A stretch of DNA of 63,699 nt, counting the filler. It is 6 parts of 6 records of this genome, joined end to end, with 100 filler letters (N's around TTAATTAATTAA, not from the genome) between each part and the next. Parts side by side here need not be neighbours in the genome. Positions count along the whole stretch, not along the records: positions 22,338 to 48,593 come from DRR723986_5966; 5 more parts are not named here. One strand, given 5' to 3'. Positions within the stretch are counted from its first letter, which is position 1. Each line of letters begins with the position of its first letter. A program made the translations under genes and the position numbers. Shown piece after piece: positions 30,311-40,348 of this stretch. The notes below the pieces were generated by a model, which was not told the origin of the DNA, did no database searches, and was given only the letters and a program-made list of their open reading frames with translations.

Positions 30311-30727
30311 CTAAACGACTTTTTGATCAAGTTGCGCCATGAAGTGTTCAATGGCCCGTGTAAACCGTTGACCCTGACCACCTTTCTCTGCAGCCAAGAT
30401 TCGACCTGCGGCCAGAAGCTCGAGTTGCCGTGGTAATTCCTCTTCCGTGGACTGAACGATGACAGGAGTGTGTTCACAATACTCGAGTAAAAAGCGGGCT
30501 GTGTTTTCTGCTTTGGAATCAATCACGTTCAGGTCGGAGATGAGAAGCTGACAGCCTCCGCTTGAGGCTTTTAGCTGTGCCAAACTCCTGAAATATTTCA
30601 CCTCAACCCGGTCTGCAAGCAGGCGTGTCAAATGCGTTTCGAGAACAAAACGATGCATTTCGAAGTCTTCGAGGCAGAAAATTACGGGTTTCATGCGTTT
30701 ATAGAATTCAGGCGGTAACATTTGCAT
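30311..30727 (-). CDS. Stand-alone, divergent response-regulator receiver domain protein
   Basis: IFCLED acidic pocket, LLISDL phospho-Asp, VIVQST and AEK at receiver-like spacing; no output domain. Confidence 0.6.
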   Translation of the reverse strand: MQMLPPEFYKRMKPVIFCLEDFEMHRFVLETHLTRLLADRVEVKYFRSLAQLKASSGGCQLLISDLNVIDSKAENTARFLLEYCEHTPVIVQSTEEELPRQLELLAAGRILAAEKGGQGQRFTRAIEHFMAQLDQKVV

Positions 30728-30807
30728 CGTAAGAGAAATACATCCGGGGTGAGAAATCGAGCGAATTCTTATCCCTCACAATGGGGTTGTTGCACAGGGG
30801 AAGTTCA

Positions 30808-31905
30808 ATGCTCATCGACGTGTTGTTGTTCATAGCCGGCCTGGCTTTGCTGATTTTGGGGGCCAATGTACTGGTGCGTGGTGCATCCAATCTCGCTTTT
30901 TCGTTTGGTATTTCCCCACTGGTGGTGGGCTTGACAGTGGTGGCGTTTGGCACCAGTGCGCCCGAGGTGGCCGTGTCGGTTGGCGCGGCGCTGGCAGGTA
31001 CCACCGACATTGCGATTGGCAACGTGGTGGGCAGCAATATTTTCAATGTGCTGTTTATTTTGGGTCTAAGCGCCATGATCACACCTTTGGTGGTGAACCT
31101 TCAATTGATTCGCCAGGAGGTACCGATCATGATTGGTGCCTCAGTGTTGCTGCTCCTGTTAAGTCTGGATGGGCAACTGTCGTGGAGCGATGGTGGCATT
31201 CTTGTGGTGCTCATGGTGGCTTACACCGCTTTTCTTGTTATTCAATCCCGCTCGCAAGTCAAAGCCACGCAAACCGAATTTGATGAAGAATTACACCCCG
31301 CTGCGCAGGGCAGTTGGGACTCCAAACTACCCGTGCAGTTGGCGTTGATTGCCTTGGGATTGGGTTTGCTGGTCTTGGGTTCGGAATGGTTGGTCGGCTC
31401 GGCCGTGGTGTTCGCCAAGGCCATGGGTGTGAGCGATGTGGTCATTGCGCTGACAATCGTGTCTGCTGGCACTTCGATGCCCGAAGTGGCCACATCAATT
31501 GCGGCAGCGCTCAAGGGCGAGCGCGATATCGCAGTGGGCAATGTGGTGGGCAGTTCCACTTTCAATATTTTTGCCTGCCTGGGTATTTCAAGTCTGGTCG
31601 CAGCTCCGGCGGGTTTACAGGTCGCGTCTTCTCTGCTTGCATTTGACATGTGGGTGATGTTGGCGGTGGCGTTTGCTTGCCTGCCAATCTTTTTGACCGG
31701 ACGCGAAATTGCACGTTGGGAGGGCGGTGTGTTTTTGGCCTATTACACCGCTTACGTGGTGTATTTGATTCTCGATGCCCAGGGGCATGACGCCTTGGAT
31801 TTGTATTCGAACACCATGCTGAGTTTTGTCGTGCCAATCACAGTGATCACCTTGGTGGTCAGCTTGTTGCGCAGAAAAAGTGGGGAGGAAAATTCAAACG
31901 CTTGA
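30808..31905 (+). CDS. Calcium/sodium antiporter (YrbG/CaCA family)
   Basis: Duplicated alpha-repeats GTSAPE...GNVVGSNIFN and GTSMPE...GNVVGSSTFN. Confidence 0.93.
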   Translation: MLIDVLLFIAGLALLILGANVLVRGASNLAFSFGISPLVVGLTVVAFGTSAPEVAVSVGAALAGTTDIAIGNVVGSNIFNVLFILGLSAMITPLVVNLQLIRQEVPIMIGASVLLLLLSLDGQLSWSDGGILVVLMVAYTAFLVIQSRSQVKATQTEFDEELHPAAQGSWDSKLPVQLALIALGLGLLVLGSEWLVGSAVVFAKAMGVSDVVIALTIVSAGTSMPEVATSIAAALKGERDIAVGNVVGSSTFNIFACLGISSLVAAPAGLQVASSLLAFDMWVMLAVAFACLPIFLTGREIARWEGGVFLAYYTAYVVYLILDAQGHDALDLYSNTMLSFVVPITVITLVVSLLRRKSGEENSNA

Positions 31906-32020
31906 ACTCGACGTGTTTAGCAGCATTGATCACTGGATTCAGGGACTTACGCCCCCTTTCTTAAAGGCGTACATTGGTATCGTGTATTGACCTGCAGTAC
32001 AGCTTGATCAGGAGAAGGCT

Positions 32021-33007
32021 TTGAAAATAGCCCCCACCGTTGTTGCCGTTGGTTTGTGCGTGTTTACTTTGGGCGGTGTTGCTCAAGCTGCAAACACTGA
32101 GAGTGATTTGCCCGTCTGGCTTCAAGAGCGTTTTGAGCCTGTGCATTACGATTTAACCCGAATGGTGGACAACACTGCTCGAAATATTGATCAGTTTTTT
32201 GGTACCGAAGACAGCCTGTTTGTTGAAAACCAATCTTTTCTTCGGGTTGCACTGGACACCCGGCTTCAACCCGGTGATTCCAAGCTTGATCCCAGCGTTC
32301 GCTTTCGGGTCGACATGCCCACCACCAAAAAGCGGTTGCGCCTCATTATTGAAAGCGACATTGAAGAGCCCTTGGGTCGTCTTTCCGAGCAAGGTATTCG
32401 CGAGGTGCGCGGGGGCGAACGTTTTGATACCAACAATTCGGCAGTTGGCCTGGAGCAGCGCTCATCCAAGGACCCCAAGCAGGCTTGGGTACAAGGCTTG
32501 GGGCTGGGGGTGAAGTTTGGTGCACCACTTGATCCTTACCTGCGTTACTCTGCCCTGAGGCAATGGAATTTCAGCGAGAGCAAATGGCAAATCAATTCAT
32601 CCAGTCGCGTGACCCAGTTCAATCAGCGTGGTTTGCAGGTGCGCACCAATTTCGATTTGAATAAACCACTGGATGAGGAAAAAACACTGCGTTTTCAAAC
32701 CTATGCCGAATATGAGGAAATGAGGGATTCCACGGTGTTTTCTCAAACCGCTGAAATTAACCGCGTGCTGAATTCGCGCACAGCGTTGCGATACGCGTTG
32801 ATTGTTGTGGGCGAGGACCGCGGAGAGAACACCATCAAGGACTATATTTTGCAAGCCTACTATCGGCGTGACATTCACAAGAATATTCTGTTCATGGACA
32901 TCATTCCCGAAATCCATTTTCCGACCGAAGGCAATCGTGATCCCTATGTGGCATTGACCTTTCGCCTGGAAGCATTTTTCAGAGGCAACTTCAGCCGTTC
33001 CAAATGA
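32021..33007 (+). CDS. Secreted hypothetical protein, probable outer-membrane beta-barrel
   Basis: Signal peptide (AQA-A), IDQFFG motif, amphipathic beta-strand pattern, aromatic-rich C-terminus. Confidence 0.6.
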   Translation: MKIAPTVVAVGLCVFTLGGVAQAANTESDLPVWLQERFEPVHYDLTRMVDNTARNIDQFFGTEDSLFVENQSFLRVALDTRLQPGDSKLDPSVRFRVDMPTTKKRLRLIIESDIEEPLGRLSEQGIREVRGGERFDTNNSAVGLEQRSSKDPKQAWVQGLGLGVKFGAPLDPYLRYSALRQWNFSESKWQINSSSRVTQFNQRGLQVRTNFDLNKPLDEEKTLRFQTYAEYEEMRDSTVFSQTAEINRVLNSRTALRYALIVVGEDRGENTIKDYILQAYYRRDIHKNILFMDIIPEIHFPTEGNRDPYVALTFRLEAFFRGNFSRSK

Positions 33008-33897
33008 CACACAACACGCTTTACCTTCAACACGACAATTTAAGGCTTAGTGCCATGGCAGAGGGGCCTGACCAAGGGCCTGTCGTCATGCTGGTACATG
33101 GTTTTCCCGACACGCCACACAGCTGGAACGGCGTGACCAAGGGGCTGGTGCAAGCGGGCTACCTTGTGGTTCGGCCGTGGCTTCGGGGGTACACCATTGG
33201 CTCTGTCAGTCCGGACGCGAATTATGATCCTTTCAATGCCGGGCTTGATTTGCTGGCGTGGCGAAATCTGTTTGAAGGGCGAGAGGTTCATTTGGTGGGG
33301 CATGATTGGGGGGCTGTGGCCGGTATGGCTGCTGCGGTTACCGACCCGCAGGCATGGACAACCCTCAGCTTGCTGGCCATTCCACCATTTCAAAAAGTGG
33401 AAAGAGCCTGGCGATTGTTGCCCAAGCAGCTTGTACTCTCAGCCTACATGCTTGAGATGCAATCAGCCAAGGCCCCAGCCAGGTTGGTGGCCAACCAGTT
33501 TGGTCGAATTCGGGCCTTCTGGAACAGTTGGTCTCCGGGGTGGAAGTATTCGGAGTCCGAAATTCAGCCGGTACTGGATGCGTTTTCAAATCCGGGTGTG
33601 GCTTGGGCAGCAACACGCTACTATCGCTCGCTGTTCACCTTGCACCGAGCTGCGACCCGCTCTATTTATGCCCTGTCCAGAAAACCGTTGAAGGTGCCCA
33701 CATTGGTGCTGGCCGGTGAGAGAGATGGCTGCATGCAGGCGGCCCTGCTGAAGCCTATGGTTGAAGTGGGATGTTTCCCCAAGGGTGTAAGGACCAGCAT
33801 TCTCCCCGCCTGTGGTCATTTTCTTCAAGCCGAGCAACCGGGCGCCGTGCTGCAAGAACTTCTTGCGCATCTGCGTGGTCAAGATAGAATTCACTGA
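33004..33897 (+). CDS. Alpha/beta hydrolase (epoxide hydrolase-like)
   Basis: HGFP oxyanion motif, RGY, GHDWG nucleophile elbow, YYR, GHFLQ. Confidence 0.9.
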   Translation: MTHNTLYLQHDNLRLSAMAEGPDQGPVVMLVHGFPDTPHSWNGVTKGLVQAGYLVVRPWLRGYTIGSVSPDANYDPFNAGLDLLAWRNLFEGREVHLVGHDWGAVAGMAAAVTDPQAWTTLSLLAIPPFQKVERAWRLLPKQLVLSAYMLEMQSAKAPARLVANQFGRIRAFWNSWSPGWKYSESEIQPVLDAFSNPGVAWAATRYYRSLFTLHRAATRSIYALSRKPLKVPTLVLAGERDGCMQAALLKPMVEVGCFPKGVRTSILPACGHFLQAEQPGAVLQELLAHLRGQDRIH

Positions 33898-33920
33898 ATC
33901 GATTTTAAAGCAGTACGTCC

Positions 33921-36542
33921 ATGCCCTCCGTTTTTGCGCTGTTTGCCTTTGTATTGCTGGTTGTCGGGGGTTACGGTTACATCAACCAACCTGCTCAGGA
34001 GCCGCCCTGGAATCAGGTCATTCCAGGTTTCGCCTTTTCTCCGTATCAGGCTGGGCAAAGCCCCATTGACAACATCGAACCCAAGCTTGAAGACATCAAC
34101 CGGGACTTGTCATTGCTGGCGGGTAAGACGCTCGCCATTCGCACCTACACCGTGGCTGGTGTATTCGGAGAAATTCCTGCGTTGGCCAAGGCGCACAACA
34201 TCAATGTGGCGCTTGGGGCCTGGTTAAGCCCGGATCTGGTGGCCAACGAAAAAGAGCTTGAGCGTTTGCTCGAAGTGGCGCACAGCCCACCTTACAACGT
34301 GGTCCGATTGATTGTGGGCAACGAGGCTTTGCTGAGAGAAGACCTGAACCTGAAACAAATGACGGCTTACCTGGACCAGGTGCGCGCTGAAACGGATATT
34401 CCGGTGAGCACGGCAGAGCCCTGGCATGTGTGGCTGAAAAACCCGGAGTTGGCTGAGCACGTGGATTACCTGGCCGTCCATTTACTGCCCTTTTGGGAAG
34501 GCATCGCCTTGGATGATGCGGTCGATTTTTCAATCAACACCTACAAGCGATTGCAGTTGGCATTTCCCGGAAAACCAATTGTGGTCACCGAAGTGGGCTG
34601 GCCCAGCAATGGGCGCACCATCAAACAGGCTGATGCATCCCAGGCCAATCAGGCCAAGTTTTTGCGTCGATTCATCCAGCGCGCAGAACAAGAGAACATG
34701 GTGTTCTACGTGATGGAAGCTTTCGATCAACCCTGGAAGTCAGACATTGAAGGCAGTGTGGGCGGACACTGGGGCGTGTTTGATTCGTTCCGCGAACCAA
34801 AGTTTGAGCCCGATCGACCGATTATTGCCATACCGCAATGGAAGTTGCTCGCCGCCGCGTCTATCGTGGTGGCGTTGATGATGACTTTTCTGTTGCTCAT
34901 TGATAGCAAAACCCTGCGAGACAGCGGGCGAACCTTCTTGATCTTCAATGCATTTGTCATTTCATCCCTGATTATTTATGTGATTTACGATTTCACCTTG
35001 CAGTACCACACCTGGGCCAGTGTGGCGATCTCGGTATTTTTGCTGCTGGGCGTGGTGGGTGTGTTTGTGATTGTGATGTCGGAGGCCCATGAATGGGCCG
35101 AGGCGATGTGGTACAGCACCAGGCGCAGGCTGTTAACTTTGCCCAAAGGTGTAGAGGTCGACGTTCTGAGTGCCGCGCGTTACCAGCCTTTCGTATCCAT
35201 TCATGTACCGGCGTATGAAGAGCCGCCTGAAATGCTGATCGACACCTTGAATGCACTGGGCCGGCTCGACTATCCCCACTTTGAAGTCATTGTGGTGGAC
35301 AACAACACCAAAGACGAAGCCACTTGGCGGCCGGTACAGGCGCATTGTCAATACCTGGACCAACATCCAAACAAGCGCTTCCGCTTTTATCATGTCAGCC
35401 CCTTGAGTGGCTATAAGGCGGGGGCTTTGAACTATGCTTTGGAGCGAACCTGCCCACAAGCGGAGGTGGTGGCTGTCATTGATGCTGACTACAAAGTGTT
35501 GCCTCACTGGCTGAAAGACCTTGCTCCCGAGTTTGAGAAGCCCGAGATTGCGATTGTGCAGGCCCCTCAAGACTACCGCGACGGCAAGGACAGCGCATTC
35601 AAATCTGTGTGCTATGCCGAGTACAAGGGCTTTTTTCATTTGGGCATGGTGACCCGCAATGAGCGCAACGCCATTATCCAGCATGGCACCATGACCATGG
35701 TTCGTCGCTCTGTACTTGAACAGGTGGGGCGCTGGGGTGTCAGCACCATTACCGAAGACACTGAATTGGGACTTCGAATTTTTGAGCAGGGCCATGAAGC
35801 GGTGTATATCGACCAAAGCTATGGGCATGGTTTGATTCCCGACACTTTCACCGATTACAAAAAACAGCGACATCGCTGGGCTTATGGCGCCATGCAAATT
35901 CTGCGTGAACATGCTGGTCAGTTACTGGGTACCCGGCCAAGCAAACTCAGTGCAGGCCAGCGCTATCATTTCGTGGCGGGTTGGTTGCCCTGGATTGCCG
36001 ATGGCATCAATCTGATTTTTACGCTGCTGGCCGTGCTCTGGTCCGGGTTGATGTTGTTCGATCCGCTCACGTTCAACGCGCCACCGCTCCTGATCAGTGT
36101 GGTGCCCATCATGTTTTTTGCGTTCAAGATCACCAAACTGTTTACCCTGTATCTGGTGCAGGTCAAGGCCAGTTTTGGAACAGCTTTGGCGGCTACGCTC
36201 GCGGGTTTGTCGCTCAGTTACGCCATTGGACGGGCCACCTTGTCGGGTTTGTTTGTGGGCCGAAAAATTCCGTTTATTCGAACCCCCAAAATGGCCAATC
36301 GAATGGCCTTGTTGTATGCAGTGAATGCAGCACGCGATGAATCTGTTTTGGCATTTGTGTTGTTGTGTGCAGTGGGACTGATTTATTTCCAGTTGGGCTT
36401 TGATTCCAGAGAAAACCTGGCCTGGTGCCTGGTGTTGGTTTCTCAAAGTTTACCTTTTGTTGCGGCGTTGGTCGTTTCCTTACTTAGTGCTGCGCCCGGT
36501 CGGGCCGTGGCGCACAATGAAATCGGTGTGAAGCAGTCATGA
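33921..36542 (+). CDS. GH17 + GT2 fusion, NdvB-like cyclic beta-1,3-glucan synthase
   Basis: GH17 motifs IRTY, VGNE, HLLPFWEG, TEVGWPS, EAFDQPWK; GT2 motifs KAGALN, DADY, TEDTELG, QRHRW; multiple TMs. Confidence 0.9.
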   Translation: MPSVFALFAFVLLVVGGYGYINQPAQEPPWNQVIPGFAFSPYQAGQSPIDNIEPKLEDINRDLSLLAGKTLAIRTYTVAGVFGEIPALAKAHNINVALGAWLSPDLVANEKELERLLEVAHSPPYNVVRLIVGNEALLREDLNLKQMTAYLDQVRAETDIPVSTAEPWHVWLKNPELAEHVDYLAVHLLPFWEGIALDDAVDFSINTYKRLQLAFPGKPIVVTEVGWPSNGRTIKQADASQANQAKFLRRFIQRAEQENMVFYVMEAFDQPWKSDIEGSVGGHWGVFDSFREPKFEPDRPIIAIPQWKLLAAASIVVALMMTFLLLIDSKTLRDSGRTFLIFNAFVISSLIIYVIYDFTLQYHTWASVAISVFLLLGVVGVFVIVMSEAHEWAEAMWYSTRRRLLTLPKGVEVDVLSAARYQPFVSIHVPAYEEPPEMLIDTLNALGRLDYPHFEVIVVDNNTKDEATWRPVQAHCQYLDQHPNKRFRFYHVSPLSGYKAGALNYALERTCPQAEVVAVIDADYKVLPHWLKDLAPEFEKPEIAIVQAPQDYRDGKDSAFKSVCYAEYKGFFHLGMVTRNERNAIIQHGTMTMVRRSVLEQVGRWGVSTITEDTELGLRIFEQGHEAVYIDQSYGHGLIPDTFTDYKKQRHRWAYGAMQILREHAGQLLGTRPSKLSAGQRYHFVAGWLPWIADGINLIFTLLAVLWSGLMLFDPLTFNAPPLLISVVPIMFFAFKITKLFTLYLVQVKASFGTALAATLAGLSLSYAIGRATLSGLFVGRKIPFIRTPKMANRMALLYAVNAARDESVLAFVLLCAVGLIYFQLGFDSRENLAWCLVLVSQSLPFVAALVVSLLSAAPGRAVAHNEIGVKQS

Positions 36543-38221
36543 GTTCTACGGATACAGCGTTACGGAGTAATCTCGCTCTGACTGTCGGAGGAGCCGCAGA
36601 AGTATCCAAGTGGCGTTTAAGCGGCCAATTGCTGTTGGCCTTGATTTTTTTAAACTCGACACTGTGCTTCTCGGCCATTTGGCCCACGGTGTATGTGTTG
36701 CCTGATCTGGGCGTGTCCTCCGAGTTTGTGTGCCTGGTCATGTTGCTGTCCGCTTGGGTGGCCGTGTTTGGCAAGCCTTCCGCCCGGGCGCTGGGTGTAA
36801 TCTCCGCTGTGTATCTTCTGATGGCCTTTGGCCATTATGCCGATGTGGTGGTGCCCAACCTTTTGGGGCGCCCGGTGAATTTGTACTGGGATGTGCCGCA
36901 GCTTCCACGCTTTGTTTGGGTTACGGTTCAAGGCTTGCCTGTGTGGTTGACCGTGCTGGTTACGCTTCTGGCTTGTGCAGCTGTGTGGGCTTACTTCCGC
37001 CTGTTGCGGGTTGCCATGTACACCGTGAGCAATGCGGTGCAACCCGTTGCCAGAACGTTGTGGTTCTGGAGCGCCTTGATGCTGGCTGGTGCAGTGGTGC
37101 TGCTCAATTATTCCGAAGACCCCGACAAACCCACCTTTGTCTCCAAGGCGGTGTTGCCTGTCTACTGGAAGGAGGCCATGAAGCTGCTCGACATTCTGGT
37201 GCCCTCGCGCAAGGCACAATTGCTACCTGCCACGACAGTGATTGACGAGACCCTCGCCAACCCGCACAGCCCCGCATTGGCAGCATTAAACAACCGCGAT
37301 GTTCACATGATTTTTCTGGAAACTTATGGTGCGGTGCTGTATGACCAAAAAGATTCCTCCGCAGCCGTTGCACACACTCGCGCTCAACTGGAAAAGTCAA
37401 TTCTGGAAAGTGGCCGAAATGTCGTGTCGGCGTTTTATGTGTCGCCTACCATTGGTGGTGCCAGCGATCTTGCACACCTGTCAGTGTTGTCAGGAATCGA
37501 TTTAAAAGACTCGCGCAAACATGATGTGCTGTTAACCACCCAGCGGCCGACCTTGCTCGATGTGTTTGAGCGAGAGGGTTACGAAACCTTTGGCCTTTAT
37601 CATTCCGTAGGCTGGGAGTGGGTTGAGCGCGCCTTTTACAGCTTTGACCAATACATTGATGGCCCAGCCTTGAACTACGAAGGCCCGGCATTTGGTTTCT
37701 GGAAAATTCCAGACCAATATGCTGCGGCGCGCGTAGAGGAGTTGTACCCGCGCAATGAATCGGCCAAGCCCAGGTTTACTTTTTTTCCGACCATTTCCAG
37801 CCATTTCCCTTTTCATCAGGTGCCACCCTATCAGCCTGACTGGAAGAAGTTGCTGGGCCCTCAGCCGTTCGATGCTGCGGCGGCAGCCCGCGCACAAGCC
37901 GAGCCCGTGAATTGGGAATACATGAAGCCCGATTACCTGCGTACGATCAACTACACCAATACGTGGCTTGCAGGATATTTCAGCCAGCCCGAGCCACGAG
38001 AAACCGTGTATGTAATGATTGGTGACCATCAGCCTACGGGCAGTGTGTCGCGAGAACCGACGCCATGGGATGTGCCTGTGTTTATTGTTTCAAAAGACAA
38101 GTCACTGCTGGACCGTTTCAAAGCCATGGGCTTTACTGATGGATTGACGCCGAAGAAGCGAGTACCCTTAGGGACTTTGAATGAACTGACTGCCACGTTG
38201 CTGAAAGGCTTTGGCAACTAG
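36539..38221 (+). CDS. Membrane-anchored sulfatase / LTA-synthase-like (alkaline phosphatase superfamily) protein
   Basis: N-terminal TM helices, then IFLETYG, SPTIGGASDLAH, ISSHFPF, IGDHQP, DVPV; ATGA overlap with the ndvB-like gene. Confidence 0.75.
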   Translation: MSSTDTALRSNLALTVGGAAEVSKWRLSGQLLLALIFLNSTLCFSAIWPTVYVLPDLGVSSEFVCLVMLLSAWVAVFGKPSARALGVISAVYLLMAFGHYADVVVPNLLGRPVNLYWDVPQLPRFVWVTVQGLPVWLTVLVTLLACAAVWAYFRLLRVAMYTVSNAVQPVARTLWFWSALMLAGAVVLLNYSEDPDKPTFVSKAVLPVYWKEAMKLLDILVPSRKAQLLPATTVIDETLANPHSPALAALNNRDVHMIFLETYGAVLYDQKDSSAAVAHTRAQLEKSILESGRNVVSAFYVSPTIGGASDLAHLSVLSGIDLKDSRKHDVLLTTQRPTLLDVFEREGYETFGLYHSVGWEWVERAFYSFDQYIDGPALNYEGPAFGFWKIPDQYAAARVEELYPRNESAKPRFTFFPTISSHFPFHQVPPYQPDWKKLLGPQPFDAAAAARAQAEPVNWEYMKPDYLRTINYTNTWLAGYFSQPEPRETVYVMIGDHQPTGSVSREPTPWDVPVFIVSKDKSLLDRFKAMGFTDGLTPKKRVPLGTLNELTATLLKGFGN

Positions 38222-38252
38222 TTCCGTGAAATTCCTCAACAAGGAGATATCA

Positions 38253-38906
38253 ATGGGTTTGAGAATTAATGACGTGGTACCCAACCTTAGCCTGGAAACA
38301 GACCAAGGCAGTTTTATGTTGCACGATTTCATCGGCGACAGCTGGACCATTCTTTTCAGTCACCCCAAAGACTTCACCCCCGTGTGCACTACCGAGTTTG
38401 GTGCAGTGGCACAGCTGGCCGAGGAATGGAAAAAACGCAGTACGAAAGTCATTGGATTGTCTGTTGACGGTGTTGAAGAACACACCCAATGGAAAGGTGA
38501 CATTGAGAAATTTTCCGGTGCGAAAGCAAACTTTCCAATCATCGCTGACAAGTCGCTTGAAGTGTCGAAGGCGCTGGACATGTTGCCCGCAAATGCCTAC
38601 TTGCCTGATGGCCGCACGGCTGCCGATTCAGCCAGTGTGCGCGTGGTGTTCATTTTCAGTCCAGACAAAAAAATGCAGCTGTCGATGACTTATCCCATGT
38701 CAGTGGGAAGAAATTTTGCGGAAGTGTTGCGTGCGCTGGATGCGCTTCAGGCCACGTATGGCAAGCCGATTGCAACGCCGGCGAACTGGGTTCAGGGGCA
38801 GGATGTGATTGTTGCCTTGTCGCTGAACAATGAACAGGCCACCGAGAAATTTGGCAGCATTGACATCAAGTTGCCTTACCTGCGCACCACCAAGATGCCA
38901 GGTTAA
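38253..38906 (+). CDS. 1-Cys peroxiredoxin (Prx6 family)
   Basis: FSHPKDFTPVCTTE, YPMSVGRNF, ATPANW; AAGGAG RBS before ATG at 38253. Confidence 0.94.
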   Translation: MGLRINDVVPNLSLETDQGSFMLHDFIGDSWTILFSHPKDFTPVCTTEFGAVAQLAEEWKKRSTKVIGLSVDGVEEHTQWKGDIEKFSGAKANFPIIADKSLEVSKALDMLPANAYLPDGRTAADSASVRVVFIFSPDKKMQLSMTYPMSVGRNFAEVLRALDALQATYGKPIATPANWVQGQDVIVALSLNNEQATEKFGSIDIKLPYLRTTKMPG

Positions 38907-38914
38907 TCGTTGCA

Positions 38915-40348
38915 TTAGCCTTGTAGCGGTTGAGCGAGTATCCAAAGGCCCACGCTGGTGAATACCACCATCAAAACCAGCATGGGCAGCTGGCTTAATG
39001 TGGCGCGCCTGTTGCTGCGTTCAAGTTGCAGCGCCTGCTGGTGGGCCAGCCACACAGCGGCAACATGCCCCGCCAGAATGAGCACAACCTGGCTGGTCCA
39101 GATGCTGGCCATGTCGGGCAGCCAGGGCAAGCGCCCCGTGATTGCGCTACCAAACAGATTCCAGCCCCATCCGAAGGGATCAGACACCAAACCACGAATT
39201 TTCAAACCCTGGCTAAACAGCAAGGTGTAGTAGTGCGTCAAGTGGTAGACCACGGCGATGGGCACCAAGCTTGGCAAATAGCGGCGTAACAGCAGCCCAA
39301 TACTTTGTTTGCCGCCAGTCAGCCTGCGCCCCAAGGCGAGAAATAACACGAACAGCAACAAGTAAAAAAACGGGGACAGGATCAGCAAGACAATTTCCCA
39401 GGCAATAAACCAGGGGCGCACTTGCGGATAAATTTTCAGCGGGTGATCACCAAATGCGATGGTTAAAATGCCAAAGGGGTCTTGCCAGAAAACATTAAAG
39501 TACACCGCAGTTTCCCGCAGCCCATCGTAAGCGGTGGACGATAACAAAAACAACACAAACAGACACTGTGCGGGGTGCCACAGGCGCAAGCGGCGAAGGT
39601 CAGAAAAGGGCAGGGCAATTCGCCAGCGGTATTTTCCATCGCTGCTGCGTGTTCGGCGCAGCGGTGTGCAGGCTGCAAAAATTCGAAACAACACCGCGAA
39701 CATTTCACCACGTTGCAGCCAGCGCCTTGTGCCCCACAGCCACATGCCAGCGAGGTTGAATACACCAAATGCAATCAACAGCAGGGCAAGCTTGCGGGGT
39801 GTGCTGTGAAAAAACAGTTCAATGGCGATCAGGCAAACCAGTTGTGCAAACGCAGGCCAATGGCCCAGCCAGCGTGGGTATTTTCGAATTCCAGTCCAGC
39901 CACGAGGCAGCAAAAAACGCCAGGGATGTTGGTGCTTGTACCAGTCACCAATCAGCATGGACGCGTAAGCACCACCCAGTACAAACAGAATCCAGAAGAA
40001 GGTCATGTTGAAGTTGCGATGACTGTCGTTGCTGCCCACCAAGCCTGTGACAATGCAGAACAGCAAGACGCTAAGCCACAATGCGGAGCCCGCTGCGCGT
40101 GCTCTGTCGAGCCATCGCGCGGGCCAGGCTGGTAAGGGCAGGGTGCGGTATGCGTTCAGCCCACTGAGCAGTTTGCTGCCGGGCTGACCGCCGATTGCCA
40201 ACAATGCGAACGACAACACCAGCGCCAACACAGAGCCTGCAATGTACAGCCCATACGGCATGGGCAGTTGCACAGGTTCACCGAAGGCGTGTGCCAAGGC
40301 GGTGGCCGGCGCCGCAAGCAGCACGGTGCCCAGCAATGGCGCAATCAT
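38915..40348 (-). CDS. Polytopic membrane protein of unknown function (resembles proteins annotated 'fenitrothion hydrolase FedB-like')
   Basis: Signal-like N-terminus then AHAFGEPVQLP, STAYDG, LVPIAVVYHLTHY, SDPFGWGWNLFG, GHVAAVWLAH; ATGA overlap with the upstream gene. Confidence 0.7.
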   Translation of the reverse strand: MIAPLLGTVLLAAPATALAHAFGEPVQLPMPYGLYIAGSVLALVLSFALLAIGGQPGSKLLSGLNAYRTLPLPAWPARWLDRARAAGSALWLSVLLFCIVTGLVGSNDSHRNFNMTFFWILFVLGGAYASMLIGDWYKHQHPWRFLLPRGWTGIRKYPRWLGHWPAFAQLVCLIAIELFFHSTPRKLALLLIAFGVFNLAGMWLWGTRRWLQRGEMFAVLFRIFAACTPLRRTRSSDGKYRWRIALPFSDLRRLRLWHPAQCLFVLFLLSSTAYDGLRETAVYFNVFWQDPFGILTIAFGDHPLKIYPQVRPWFIAWEIVLLILSPFFYLLLFVLFLALGRRLTGGKQSIGLLLRRYLPSLVPIAVVYHLTHYYTLLFSQGLKIRGLVSDPFGWGWNLFGSAITGRLPWLPDMASIWTSQVVLILAGHVAAVWLAHQQALQLERSNRRATLSQLPMLVLMVVFTSVGLWILAQPLQG

